From: Thermoproteota archaeon
GTDB taxonomy: Archaea > Korarchaeota > Korarchaeia > B14-G2
Reading direction: 5' to 3'
Length of the DNA stretch: 64,000 bases
Assembly (NCBI GenBank): GCA_037917675.1
Contig: JAVCBW010000016.1
Span: 15,414 to 79,413, forward strand
Shown here piece after piece: positions 29,865-39,205 of the stretch. The first letter of the stretch is position 1. Each line of letters opens with the position of its first letter. The notes below the pieces were generated by a model. The model was not told where the DNA came from and did no database searches. It saw only the letters and a program-made list of their open reading frames with translations. Both the position numbers and the translations under genes were made by a program.

Positions 29865-30412
29865 GATACACCTAGAGGTGGGAGTTAAGTTTTACACCAT
29901 AAGAAGGCTGGAACTTAAGGAGCAGCTTGGTTAGAGAAGCTAGGATAGATTAGTCATCGCCTTAGCAGCCTCAGTTTTACTACTAATGCCAACTACACTG
30001 GCAACATGCTGCCAGGCAGCTAATATCACAGAGATAGACTATGAGGATATAGTTTAAGTGTAGGGTTTACAGCTGGTAGGCTTTCATGGGTGTATGTGGT
30101 TTTGGTCTACTAGCTGTTTTCCGTCATTGAGCTTAAAGCTCTAGTAGGGCTTTCAGGATAGCCTCAGAGCCCATAGCTCAGAGCCCCACATCTGAAGGCT
30201 TAGCCCGATAGCCACTAGGTGGCTTGACAGAGGCTCCAGTCAACTAGCACCACAGAGAACTTAAAGCTTCCACTCACCTAACCAACCTACCTCCTATGTG
30301 TTTCCATGAAAACCGGGACTGCAGCAGAAGGCATCTTCGCTGGAGTAACTACAATACAGGTGCTATACTTGGTGGTACGGTTTCTGTCCAATGTAATGTG
30401 GCCTCTTCCCTA

Positions 30413-30807
30413 CTAGCTCCTTAACTTGCTCTGGACTATAGGAGCCTCTACTTCAATGAGCCTTTTCTTGCTGAGCATAGGCAAAAACGCTATCACCGAC
30501 AATTCAGCTTCTCTCAGTGTAGAGTTGAACTTCTTAGCAAGCTCCCTTATGACTTCCTCTAGAGTAGCTCCCATCTAGCTTCTTCTACACGAAAATAGCT
30601 CTTGTGTCATCTAGTAATGACCTTTTTGACCTTGGGCTTCATAAGAAGTATGCTTGTAGCCTTACCCAGCATACCTTTATCTTCCCTACTCCAAGTTATC
30701 ACGAGCTCTCCGCTGTCATATCCCTTCTACTTGACATTAGGGCATTTCTTTGGCCTAATCGATAGGAAATCCCTCCTATTTAGTCTCAGAACCTTTTTTC
30801 TAATCAT
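30413..30807 (-). pseudogene. PqqD-family protein pseudogene
   Basis: manual translation: MIRKKVLRLNRRDFLSIRPKKCPNVK*KGYDSGELVITW..KPKVKKVI / LDDTRAIFV*KKLDG / ATLEEVIRELAKKFNSTLREAELSVIAFLPMLSKKRLIEV; two TAG stops and two frameshifts interrupt a PqqD-like LD...VW..LDG..T.EE...L...F pattern. Confidence 0.75.
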
Positions 30808-30810
30808 TTT

Positions 30811-31026
30811 TCACCCACCAAGCAGTATGAATTTAGCGATCAGCAGGGATGCTATTAGGAGAGCTGGTGATACCAGCGTCATAATCGTTATAACACGTTT
30901 TGCCCTGATTAATGACTCTACTTCAGCGATGTACTTCTTTTCGCAGGCAAACGAACAGAATTGGTTCCCAGCCTTGATAACCTTCCCACAGACCTTACAG
31001 TGAGAGTGTTCAGGAATGGAAGACAC
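30811..31026 (-). CDS. DUF2116 family Zn-ribbon membrane protein
   Basis: IPEHSHCKVCGKVI....FCSFACE plus C-terminal TM helix; GAGGTGA SD. Confidence 0.8.
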   Translation of the reverse strand: MSSIPEHSHCKVCGKVIKAGNQFCSFACEKKYIAEVESLIRAKRVITIMTLVSPALLIASLLIAKFILLGG

Positions 31027-31334
31027 GAGGTCACCTCATATCCCTAGAAGAAGCCATTTCTTAACCAATTCTCTATTTAAAAACTGCGGGTCACCTCTAG
31101 ATGTTGGCGTATTAGATCTGGAGGCAGCCTCCCTGAATAGAGTGATCTCCTATCAGCAGAGCGTATCTCTAAGAGCATACTATTAGCATGAGCTTGCAGG
31201 ATTAGAGTTGGCTGTAATACATCTGTAGAGGCGAGACGAATCTGTACTTGCCTTATGAGGTTCCTTAAGCTTACTGAGATTAGTCAAAAAGGCTAGAGTA
31301 GACTCTGCTGAGGAGCTTCACTAGAGGCCAAACC

Positions 31335-32213
31335 TTATCCTCCTGCCTGCTCGCAGGAGCCCCTTAGATAGAGGAATAGCCCCTTGTCTACACGTGCTGC
31401 TGGTGTAAGTACATACTTTGATGGAAAGTAGAACAGTTGGCTACCTCTTAGCATTATGATGCAGTTGAGAGAAGTCAAGTTGAGGCTATTGCACTCGGGT
31501 ATCGTGAAGCAAGGAGTCTCTACGACCAGAACTCTATCCTCTGCCATCATCACCCTCAGTGTGAGATTCTCGGCTTTAACTTCGATTGGTTTTGTAGCAA
31601 CAGTCAAGTTTCTATTAGGCGTTGATATTACCACACCCTGTGGAGTGTAATAGACATGGTATCTACACCATGGTAGGGTAGATGATGTACCAGGTGACAA
31701 GTAGATTCTTGAAAATAGCTTTACAGAGCGGTTCTCCTGGCAAAAGATGACACCTGATGCAGTATGGGGAATGTATAGTTTCATGGTGCTCCTGGTTATC
31801 TCTACGCTCTTACCAAGCAAGACTATAGCATTCTTCTTATGGCAGCTGACAAGATAGTAACAGTTGTAGCCCATGTCTAAGGCAGAGGGAGCATGGAGGT
31901 AGCCTATCTCATCGGTGGGATCTATGAAGACTATGGTTGGAAAGCCCTGGAAGAAATTGTATGCTATTATCCAGCATGTCAAGAATACTAGCAGAGAAGC
32001 TGCTGCAGCAGGTTTGTAAAAGTCACCTAGCTTCTGTATAGCCTTTATGTATCCCCTTCTGACAGTCGCTAAGATGGCTGTAGAAGCAAGATATGCTGCT
32101 ATGAATGTAGAGAAAGCTACTGCAGGCCTTAAATCTGCTGCTCCAGCAGCTAGGCCTACTATGGCAGCTACAGCACAGTGGTAGAGGTATAGCTTTAACT
32201 TTGGAGCCTCCAT
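31335..32213 (-). CDS. membrane protein with N-terminal EMC6-like 3-TM domain and C-terminal beta-rich domain
   Basis: AAIVGLAAG first helix and SLLVFLTCWIIAYNF third helix resemble the EMC6/Rab5ip F..W...YN motif; about 200-aa soluble extension with sequons. Confidence 0.6.
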   Translation of the reverse strand: MEAPKLKLYLYHCAVAAIVGLAAGAADLRPAVAFSTFIAAYLASTAILATVRRGYIKAIQKLGDFYKPAAAASLLVFLTCWIIAYNFFQGFPTIVFIDPTDEIGYLHAPSALDMGYNCYYLVSCHKKNAIVLLGKSVEITRSTMKLYIPHTASGVIFCQENRSVKLFSRIYLSPGTSSTLPWCRYHVYYTPQGVVISTPNRNLTVATKPIEVKAENLTLRVMMAEDRVLVVETPCFTIPECNSLNLTSLNCIIMLRGSQLFYFPSKYVLTPAARVDKGLFLYLRGSCEQAGG

Positions 32214-32273
32214 GTATTCACCAATTTAGGTCCTGTAACCGAGGTTAAAATATTACCTTAGTAGGGGATTAGC

Positions 32274-34121
32274 TTGAAGATGAGAGAGATTTCGTCGCTT
32301 GAGCTGGCTAGAATCATAGAAGAAATTAGAGAGAACGTCATAGGAGCTAGAGTAGGGAAAATATATCATATAGATGAGAAGCTACTAAGCATTGTGCTCA
32401 GCAGTAGAGAGCATGGAAGAAAGGAGATGCTAATATGGGCTGGTGTAGCTGTGTTCATAACTAATTCAAAATGGACTAAGCCACGGATCCCAAGCAGCTT
32501 CGCAATGCTTTTGAGAAAGCATCTAGAGGGAGGAATTATAGAAGAAATAAAGCAAGAAGACTTCGACAGAGTACTCACTCTCAGAATTAGGTGTGGAGGG
32601 AGGTACTATAGGCTTATAGCCTTTCTACACAGCAAAGGCAACATAATACTAGCTGACGACGAATACAGGGTCATCTCGGCTATTAGCTGGAGTATAGCAG
32701 GGAAGCAGCTGCATAGGGGAGATAAGCTGGAGTTTGGAAGGTACCACAACCCGCTAGGTGGGCTAAGCGCAGATGAGCTAGGTAAGCTATCTGAGTTAGA
32801 GGTATGGAGAATACTTGCAGTAGAGCTTGGGCTCGGTACAATCTACGCCAGGAAGCTAGCTGAAAGACTTGGACTCGATATGGAGCTTAAGCTTAGCGAG
32901 CAGGAGGCTTCATATGATAAGCTAGCTAAAGCTATCGTAGATTATGTGAGGCTTATCTATAAGGCTCCGGCGCGAGTTGTTTACCGTGATAACTTTCTAG
33001 ATGGATATCTGCTTGATCTAGATGGAGAGGAGAAGCTGCTTAATGACGTACTAGACGAATACTATACAAGCATATACAGTCGCCTTACTAGAGGAGATGG
33101 AAGCTTAGACAAAAAAACTAGAAAGAAGCTTAGATCCCTTGAGAAGAGAGCTGAGAAGCTTAAGCAGATGGCTGAAAAGTATAGGCTTCAAGCTGATGTT
33201 GTTTACTCGCAGCTTCATGCCGTGAATGAAGTACTTAGAGCAGTTAGGGAGGGGAGAGCTCCTCCTGAAGAAGAAGTTAAGGTACTTTCTGTCGATAGGA
33301 AAGGACATAGAGTCGCTGTAGAGGTTTGTGGCCATGCTGTGACACTAGACTTCTTGCAGTCAGCAACTGAAAACGCAAACATGCTCTATGAGAAGGCCAA
33401 GAGCGCCGAGAAAAAAATGAAGGAAACCATGGAGCTTATGAGGAGAGTAAAGGAGGCTGCATCCATTGCTGAGGAGGAGGCCGCTGAAAGCGTTATGAAA
33501 AGAAGGTGGTTTGAAAAGTTTAGGTGGTTCATCTCCTCAGAAGGCATCTTGGTTGCTGCTGGTAAAGATGTTAAGAGTAATAGAGAGCTTGTGAAGAAGT
33601 ATATGGCTCCTGAGAACCTGTTCTTCCACTCTGAGCTTGGTGGGGCCTGTGTTGTAGCTTTCTGCAGCCATGGAGATAGTGTCAAAAAGACCATTATAGA
33701 GGCAGCAGAGTATGCTGCCTCGCTCTCAAAGGCTTGGGAGCAAGGGCTGTCCTCAGCTGAGGTATATTATGTGTGGGGTAGTCAGGTTAAAACTGCAGCT
33801 CCTCCAGGGCACTACATACCAAAAGGCAGCTTCTACATTGAAGGCAGCAGAAAATACCTTAAGGCACAGCTTAAGCTAGCGCTAGGAGTCATGCTCACTG
33901 ACAGTGGCGCTAAGCTTGTTTTAGGTCCAGTATCAGCAATAGAAAGCAGCTGCAAGTGGTATGTTGTCATAAAGCCTGGATCATGGAGTAAGGAGAAATT
34001 AATAAGGAAAGTTAGGGACACGCTTTTAAAGAAGGCTGGAACAGGCTTAAGCATAGTACTGAAGCTGGATGAGCTGGCATCTGTACTCCCAGCAAGTGGT
34101 GAGCTAATTGAGGAGGAGTAG
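32274..34121 (+). CDS. rqcH: ribosome quality control protein RqcH/Rqc2 (NFACT family)
   Basis: PSSFAMLLRKHLEG, FDR, WFEKFRWFISSEG, GKD..SN, KGSFYIEG motifs. Confidence 0.93.
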   Translation: MKMREISSLELARIIEEIRENVIGARVGKIYHIDEKLLSIVLSSREHGRKEMLIWAGVAVFITNSKWTKPRIPSSFAMLLRKHLEGGIIEEIKQEDFDRVLTLRIRCGGRYYRLIAFLHSKGNIILADDEYRVISAISWSIAGKQLHRGDKLEFGRYHNPLGGLSADELGKLSELEVWRILAVELGLGTIYARKLAERLGLDMELKLSEQEASYDKLAKAIVDYVRLIYKAPARVVYRDNFLDGYLLDLDGEEKLLNDVLDEYYTSIYSRLTRGDGSLDKKTRKKLRSLEKRAEKLKQMAEKYRLQADVVYSQLHAVNEVLRAVREGRAPPEEEVKVLSVDRKGHRVAVEVCGHAVTLDFLQSATENANMLYEKAKSAEKKMKETMELMRRVKEAASIAEEEAAESVMKRRWFEKFRWFISSEGILVAAGKDVKSNRELVKKYMAPENLFFHSELGGACVVAFCSHGDSVKKTIIEAAEYAASLSKAWEQGLSSAEVYYVWGSQVKTAAPPGHYIPKGSFYIEGSRKYLKAQLKLALGVMLTDSGAKLVLGPVSAIESSCKWYVVIKPGSWSKEKLIRKVRDTLLKKAGTGLSIVLKLDELASVLPASGELIEEE

Positions 34122-34695
34122 AGAAAGTGAAGAGATGCCTGTCTATGAAGTTATGAGCAGCCCAGTCATCACGATAAGCAAGAGAGCTACCGCAGCTGAG
34201 GCAGCTAGGCTGCTAAAGAAGCACGGGATAGGATCGCTTGTAGTGGTCGATGAGAAAGGAGTTGCTGGGATAGTTACAGAGAGAGACCTTGTTGAAAGAG
34301 TTGTAGCAGAAGATAGGAGGCCTTCTGAAGTAGCTGTAGAGGAGATCATGACAAGGGAGCCAGTGACTATATTGTCTAAACAGACTCTAATCGAAGCTAT
34401 GGAGCTCATGAGGAAGCATGGGATAAAAAGGCTCGTAGTTCTCTCAGACAGCGGTGAGCTTGCTGGCGTAATAACACAGACTGACATAATGAGGGTAGCA
34501 CCAAGCATGATAAGTGGACTTATGATGATGATCAGAGAGCTTGAGGAGGAAGAGGCCGTCGTCCCGGAGAAGGTATATGTCAGTGGAGAGTGCGCCAGAT
34601 GCGGAGTATACTCAGACAAGCTTACCTTGGTTAATGGAGTGTATCTTTGTGAAGAATGTGCTGCCGAGGTGGCATCTGGTGAAGTTAGAGATTGA
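34108..34695 (+). CDS. CBS-pair protein with C-terminal Zn ribbon
   Basis: two CBS repeats (GIVTERDL, GVITQTDI) and GECARCG...LCEEC. Confidence 0.9.
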   Translation: MRRSRESEEMPVYEVMSSPVITISKRATAAEAARLLKKHGIGSLVVVDEKGVAGIVTERDLVERVVAEDRRPSEVAVEEIMTREPVTILSKQTLIEAMELMRKHGIKRLVVLSDSGELAGVITQTDIMRVAPSMISGLMMMIRELEEEEAVVPEKVYVSGECARCGVYSDKLTLVNGVYLCEECAAEVASGEVRD

Positions 34696-35143
34696 TATAT
34701 GCTACACCATATTTCTTGACAGAGTTTGAACTGGAAATGGATCGTGCCCTCATCAGCTTCTTCATGATAGAAGGATAGTGGCTGCCAATCCAGTACTCCT
34801 TGCCGCAGCCAGGGCAGTTCCAGCGGTTTCTAAGCCTTCTAAGCACCGTATTGCAAATTGGACACCTCGTGCCATCTAGGGGGAAATCAAGCGGGATCTT
34901 GAGAGTATAGGTGAGGAATGCTAGCGCCTCCTCTATAACATGCGTCTTTAGTAAAACTGCAGGAATGCCTAGCTTAATAGCCTGCTTAAATAGCTCCCTA
35001 TCCATAGTTATCAATATGGATTGGTGGAAGATAGAGTGCCTTAGAATCTCCCTGTCCTCCTCATCTAGGACAGTAGTCGATACCCCTAGCATCCTCAGCC
35101 ACCTGGCAACATGAGCTAGCATAGCATCTACAATTATCTCCAT
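34685..35143 (-). CDS. Mut7-C RNase (PIN-like) domain protein
   Basis: VDAML..VARWLRMLG, LITMDREL, RCPICN, CPGCGKEYWIGSH motifs. Confidence 0.9.
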   Translation of the reverse strand: MEIIVDAMLAHVARWLRMLGVSTTVLDEEDREILRHSIFHQSILITMDRELFKQAIKLGIPAVLLKTHVIEEALAFLTYTLKIPLDFPLDGTRCPICNTVLRRLRNRWNCPGCGKEYWIGSHYPSIMKKLMRARSISSSNSVKKYGVAYINL

Positions 35144-37173
35144 TAGCCAGGCACCTTGAAAATGTAGACTTGGTGTATTCCAGTAGCCTCCTTGGGATAG
35201 ACTAGCTCTAGGTAGTCTAGGCTACCTAGGCCTCTCCATGCCTCGAGGCCTAGCTTAAATATCGTCGTATTGAAGCCCTTCTCAGTTGGAAGCACCCTAC
35301 GCAGACCTGTGTCAAACTGTATGAAATCTCTATAGTCCTTGAGCGCAATATGGCACATAGCATGCCACTTCCCCACAGGGTATACGCTACCCATGAAGTA
35401 GATGCCAAACATGTTTGTCCCCCCAGTCTGCCAGTCTGTGAGCTCAGCTGCAAAGTCTAGGAGGACATAAGAGACATTAAACCTCATGCAGAGATCTAAC
35501 ATCTCCTCTTCTGTCCCCATGTATGCTTTAGCGATCTCTCTTATCTGAGTACTGTTAAGGGTATTTCCATCGGCACAAGTCACACGTGTAGCACCATAGT
35601 CTATCCAGTAGCCATAATCCCACCATGATAAGATCACATCGTATTTCGTCGTGTTTTCTCTTATCCAGCTTAGAGCATCATCCCAGTCCGAGGTGAAGCC
35701 TAGGGAGTACCTTGGTGCAACCACAGCAGTCCTGTAGAGTGGAGGTACTGCTAAGAGAACAGTTACTGTGATTAGCATTATAGGAAATGTGAGTGGAGTG
35801 AGGTCTACCTTGATTTTCCTCTTCTTCCTTTTCAATCTGGCTCTGTATGCGGCAATTATCCTCCTATGAGCATCCGATGCTCTTTCTAGACACCATCGCA
35901 TTATGTAGGCTGATACTATAGCTACAAACACAGCAGTCAGAGGGCTGAGACGCACTAGTGATGCTCCGAAGTATATGGATGCTAGTGAGAGCAGAAAGAG
36001 GAAGATAGCTTCCCTGCTCTTCTCTTTGATTATGTCTTCAGTGAAAAGTATTGTCATACCTAGTGCAGCTAGCACAAGCGTTGTCGAGAAGTCTCTGATT
36101 AGCATCCCAGGTGCATGCTCTGCTACGGTAGCTGTAACCGATCCTGGAGGAAGCTTTGCAAACGGATTCACTGTCCTTATCATCCTTATGGTAGTCTTAG
36201 ATGCCAACCCTGTGGCTACGGTGGCAATTACAGGTAGGGGGAGGGTAGCTAGCGACATCAGCCTCCACATGATCCTCTTCAGCAGCGACATTTGGGAAGA
36301 AATCCTCTTAGACAGCAGGTGATATACTATTGCAACCACCATTGTACCCCATGCAAACAGGGCTTCAGGTCCTGTTACAAACCGTACAGCTGAAAGGTGT
36401 GGAATCCATATCGAAGCTAGAAGACATGCTAGTGGAGGATATAATAGGGAGAATGCTGTCTTCCAGTCAGCAGCTCCTAAGATCATTAGTGTTAGATATA
36501 CTAGCGGATAGCCGTCTAGTATGAACCTGAAGCCTGCCCATAGCCCAGCGAAGTATACCAGTAGTAAAGCTGATATGACTGAATATAGTATGGTTTTGTA
36601 TCCTTCCTTAGCCCTTAGCGCCTTTATCGTAAAGTATACTGTAAAGCATAGAACTGGTAGAGCCATGTGCTCATGCCTATACCATCCTGCTGCAGTCCTC
36701 TGAAAGTGCCCAAAGGACGTGGCGAGCATGTAAGCTGAGAAGGCAGCTGGAGCTCTTCCAACAAGCTCTCTTACAATCAAGTATACTCCGATCACGCAGG
36801 TGGATCCCAGCACTGGTGGCAGAGCCGATGCAAACATAGATAACGGGAGCCCCTTGAAGAAGAGCTTAGCTACCTGATATAGAGCTGCCCCAGTATAATA
36901 GTGGAATACAGGGAGGACAGAGGAAGGCTTATAGCTCCAGGGGTGCCATGCAAGTGGATATACCTCTGGAAGCCTGCCATCCTCTAGCAGAAGCTTAGTT
37001 AGCTTATAGTGAAGTAGGGGATCGTCTGTTGTGAACTTAAAGCCAAACTTGAGTGCTGGGATGAGCCTTAGATAAACTGCTATAGCATACGCAGCAGCTA
37101 TAGCAGCGATCTCAAGCATTACCTGAAGCCTTTTGGAACCTAGCTTCTCTGAGATAGTTATATAGAGAGGCAT
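35143..37173 (-). CDS. aglB: oligosaccharyltransferase AglB (STT3 family)
   Basis: multiple TMs, TVAEH, SWWDYGYWI and DGNT motifs; start moved to ATG 37173 to avoid overlap with the divergent gene. Confidence 0.93.
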   Translation of the reverse strand: MPLYITISEKLGSKRLQVMLEIAAIAAAYAIAVYLRLIPALKFGFKFTTDDPLLHYKLTKLLLEDGRLPEVYPLAWHPWSYKPSSVLPVFHYYTGAALYQVAKLFFKGLPLSMFASALPPVLGSTCVIGVYLIVRELVGRAPAAFSAYMLATSFGHFQRTAAGWYRHEHMALPVLCFTVYFTIKALRAKEGYKTILYSVISALLLVYFAGLWAGFRFILDGYPLVYLTLMILGAADWKTAFSLLYPPLACLLASIWIPHLSAVRFVTGPEALFAWGTMVVAIVYHLLSKRISSQMSLLKRIMWRLMSLATLPLPVIATVATGLASKTTIRMIRTVNPFAKLPPGSVTATVAEHAPGMLIRDFSTTLVLAALGMTILFTEDIIKEKSREAIFLFLLSLASIYFGASLVRLSPLTAVFVAIVSAYIMRWCLERASDAHRRIIAAYRARLKRKKRKIKVDLTPLTFPIMLITVTVLLAVPPLYRTAVVAPRYSLGFTSDWDDALSWIRENTTKYDVILSWWDYGYWIDYGATRVTCADGNTLNSTQIREIAKAYMGTEEEMLDLCMRFNVSYVLLDFAAELTDWQTGGTNMFGIYFMGSVYPVGKWHAMCHIALKDYRDFIQFDTGLRRVLPTEKGFNTTIFKLGLEAWRGLGSLDYLELVYPKEATGIHQVYIFKVPG

Positions 37174-37227
37174 GCAAGGACCCAGAAGGCATCCAGTAAA
37201 TAGCTTAATTACTTTTTGGTGGCTAGT

Positions 37228-37866
37228 ATGAGCAAGGAAGTCTCCATAATGGACTTGCATGTCCATACGATCTACTCTAGAGATTCTATGATCCTACCTC
37301 AACTAGTTGCTTCATATGCACAAGTAGTTGCCTCTCTTGATGGAATAGCGATAACAGATCACAACACACTTGAAGGGTGGAGAAGAGTGGCGCAATATTT
37401 GAGGAATAGAGAGCTCCTTCTCATACCCGGTATCGAGCTTGAGTGTAGAGAGGGAGAGCTCCTCTTATATGGAGTAGAGGAGATGCCAGTATGCTCTAGC
37501 ATAGCTGACGCAGTAGACTATACCCGGGAGGCAGGAGGCATCGTTGTTGCACCTCACCCGTTCGACAGACGCAGAAAGGGTATTGCTGACCTTGTATATG
37601 CTCTTGTGCCTGATGGCATTGAGGTAATCAATGCTAGGAGCTCAAAGAAAGCTAATCTCATGGCTGCAACAGCTGCTAGGTCTCTGAGAGTAGCTAGACT
37701 TGGGTCAAGTGATGCACATACTCCTATAGAGATAGGGAGAGCTGTCACAGTGTTCAGAAGGAAAATAGGCAGCATAGATGAGTTCATTAGAGACGTAATG
37801 TCAAGGAGCACTATGGCAGCATGGGGGTGCGTTGTCTTTGGAGCGAGAAGGATTAGAGCACGTTAG
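37228..37866 (+). CDS. PHP-domain metal-dependent phosphoesterase
   Basis: DLHVHT, AITDHN, PHPF, GSSDAH motifs. Confidence 0.92.
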   Translation: MSKEVSIMDLHVHTIYSRDSMILPQLVASYAQVVASLDGIAITDHNTLEGWRRVAQYLRNRELLLIPGIELECREGELLLYGVEEMPVCSSIADAVDYTREAGGIVVAPHPFDRRRKGIADLVYALVPDGIEVINARSSKKANLMAATAARSLRVARLGSSDAHTPIEIGRAVTVFRRKIGSIDEFIRDVMSRSTMAAWGCVVFGARRIRAR

Positions 37867-39205
37867 CATTGTAGGCATACTTGTCATGGTAGTGGCCTAT
37901 GTTATGGTTCGCTTAGAGATGTGTTTTGGATGGGATGAAGCCATGTATGGGTGTATTGTTAGAAGCTTATCGAACTCACTATGGAACTTTACAGTATGTG
38001 GAGTACCGGCTTTGCATAAGCCACCAGCATATCCATATGTGAGCTTGGTAGCTAGTAAGGTTCTTGGCATAGCTTGGGGGCTTAGGGCTGTAGCTTCAGT
38101 TTCAGGAATCTTAGCTGCAATAATGTCATACAGGATCTGTCTGGAGATCTACAGCGACCGCAAAGTAGGGCTGCTATGTGGCTTCCTTGTAAGCACTAAC
38201 CCTCTGATGTGGTACTTTAGCACAAGGTGCCTATCAGATAGTATGGGTGTGTTGACATTCACATCAGCTGTCCTTCTATTAATTAGAGCAGCTAAAAGCA
38301 TGAGGATGCTGGACCTACTCATGCTAGGATCTGCCCTTGGAGCAGCTACTGAGGCTAGATATACAAATGCTATAGCAGCTGTACTACTAGCGGCCTCTTT
38401 CCTGGTATATAAGGTAGGTGTTAGGAGGCTCTATAAGGCAGTAGCAGGCATATCTGCTGGAGCCTTAGCCACCATAACCCCCTTTCTAGCGCTCAATTTC
38501 AAGCTCTATAGACACCCTGTTAAGGGACCTTACTTTGCATCAAGACTGATAAGGCTTGATACTCCCGTTTCTCCTCTAGAGGCATGTATATGGCTTATCA
38601 TGTACATGAATCTGCTTCTCCCCCTGATGCTATACAGGTTAGTGAAGGAGAAGCCTAGCAGAGATGAAGCGCTACTCGCAATATGGATTCTCTTGGTAGT
38701 AGGTTCAGTTCTCTGCCTACCTCACAAGGAGGAGAGGTTCTTTATGCCAGCTGTTCCTCCTCTATCTGCTTTAGCCTCAAGGTGTATAGTTAAGTTGCGT
38801 AGTAGACGGGAGATAATCACAGCAGTGACGATGCTCAACATCATCGGGTTTAGTTGGCTTTATGCTAAGACAGCTAGCATGGGATGTGCTGAGAAAGAGG
38901 CTGGAGTTTATGTGGCTAACCATCCTAAGCCAGGGATTATAGTCTCTGAGCTTGTCCCTCAAATAGCTTTTTACAGCAGAAAGCTAGTGGTCAGGTTTCC
39001 ACCCTCCGCCAGTGAGTTCTATAGGGCAATTGTAGAGAGGAGTGTAGGATACGTAGTACTCTCAACAGGTAGAAATAGGTCACCAGAGTATGCTTGGAGG
39101 ATGCTTGAACAAGGGATAATCAAGCAAGTTTTTGTAGCTGAGAGCAGAGGCATAAAGGTTGTAGTTGCGGAGCCCCCCTTTGAGGTGGCAGAGGATGGAG
39201 ATTGA
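37832..39205 (+). CDS. GT-C fold glycosyltransferase (family 39/ArnT-like)
   Basis: WDEAMY, HKPP, KEERF motifs and about 11 TM helices. Confidence 0.85.
   Translation: MSLEREGLEHVSIVGILVMVVAYVMVRLEMCFGWDEAMYGCIVRSLSNSLWNFTVCGVPALHKPPAYPYVSLVASKVLGIAWGLRAVASVSGILAAIMSYRICLEIYSDRKVGLLCGFLVSTNPLMWYFSTRCLSDSMGVLTFTSAVLLLIRAAKSMRMLDLLMLGSALGAATEARYTNAIAAVLLAASFLVYKVGVRRLYKAVAGISAGALATITPFLALNFKLYRHPVKGPYFASRLIRLDTPVSPLEACIWLIMYMNLLLPLMLYRLVKEKPSRDEALLAIWILLVVGSVLCLPHKEERFFMPAVPPLSALASRCIVKLRSRREIITAVTMLNIIGFSWLYAKTASMGCAEKEAGVYVANHPKPGIIVSELVPQIAFYSRKLVVRFPPSASEFYRAIVERSVGYVVLSTGRNRSPEYAWRMLEQGIIKQVFVAESRGIKVVVAEPPFEVAEDGD

Noticed and set aside
30413-30807. TAG recoding (pyrrolysine or Trp readthrough) in the PqqD-like gene
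   Set aside because: Two frameshifts also break the gene, TGG>TAG is a single transition, and TAG is a normal stop for many core genes here
30602-31003. 133-aa + strand ORF
   Set aside because: Antisense to DUF2116 and the PqqD pseudogene, which have SD sites and family motifs
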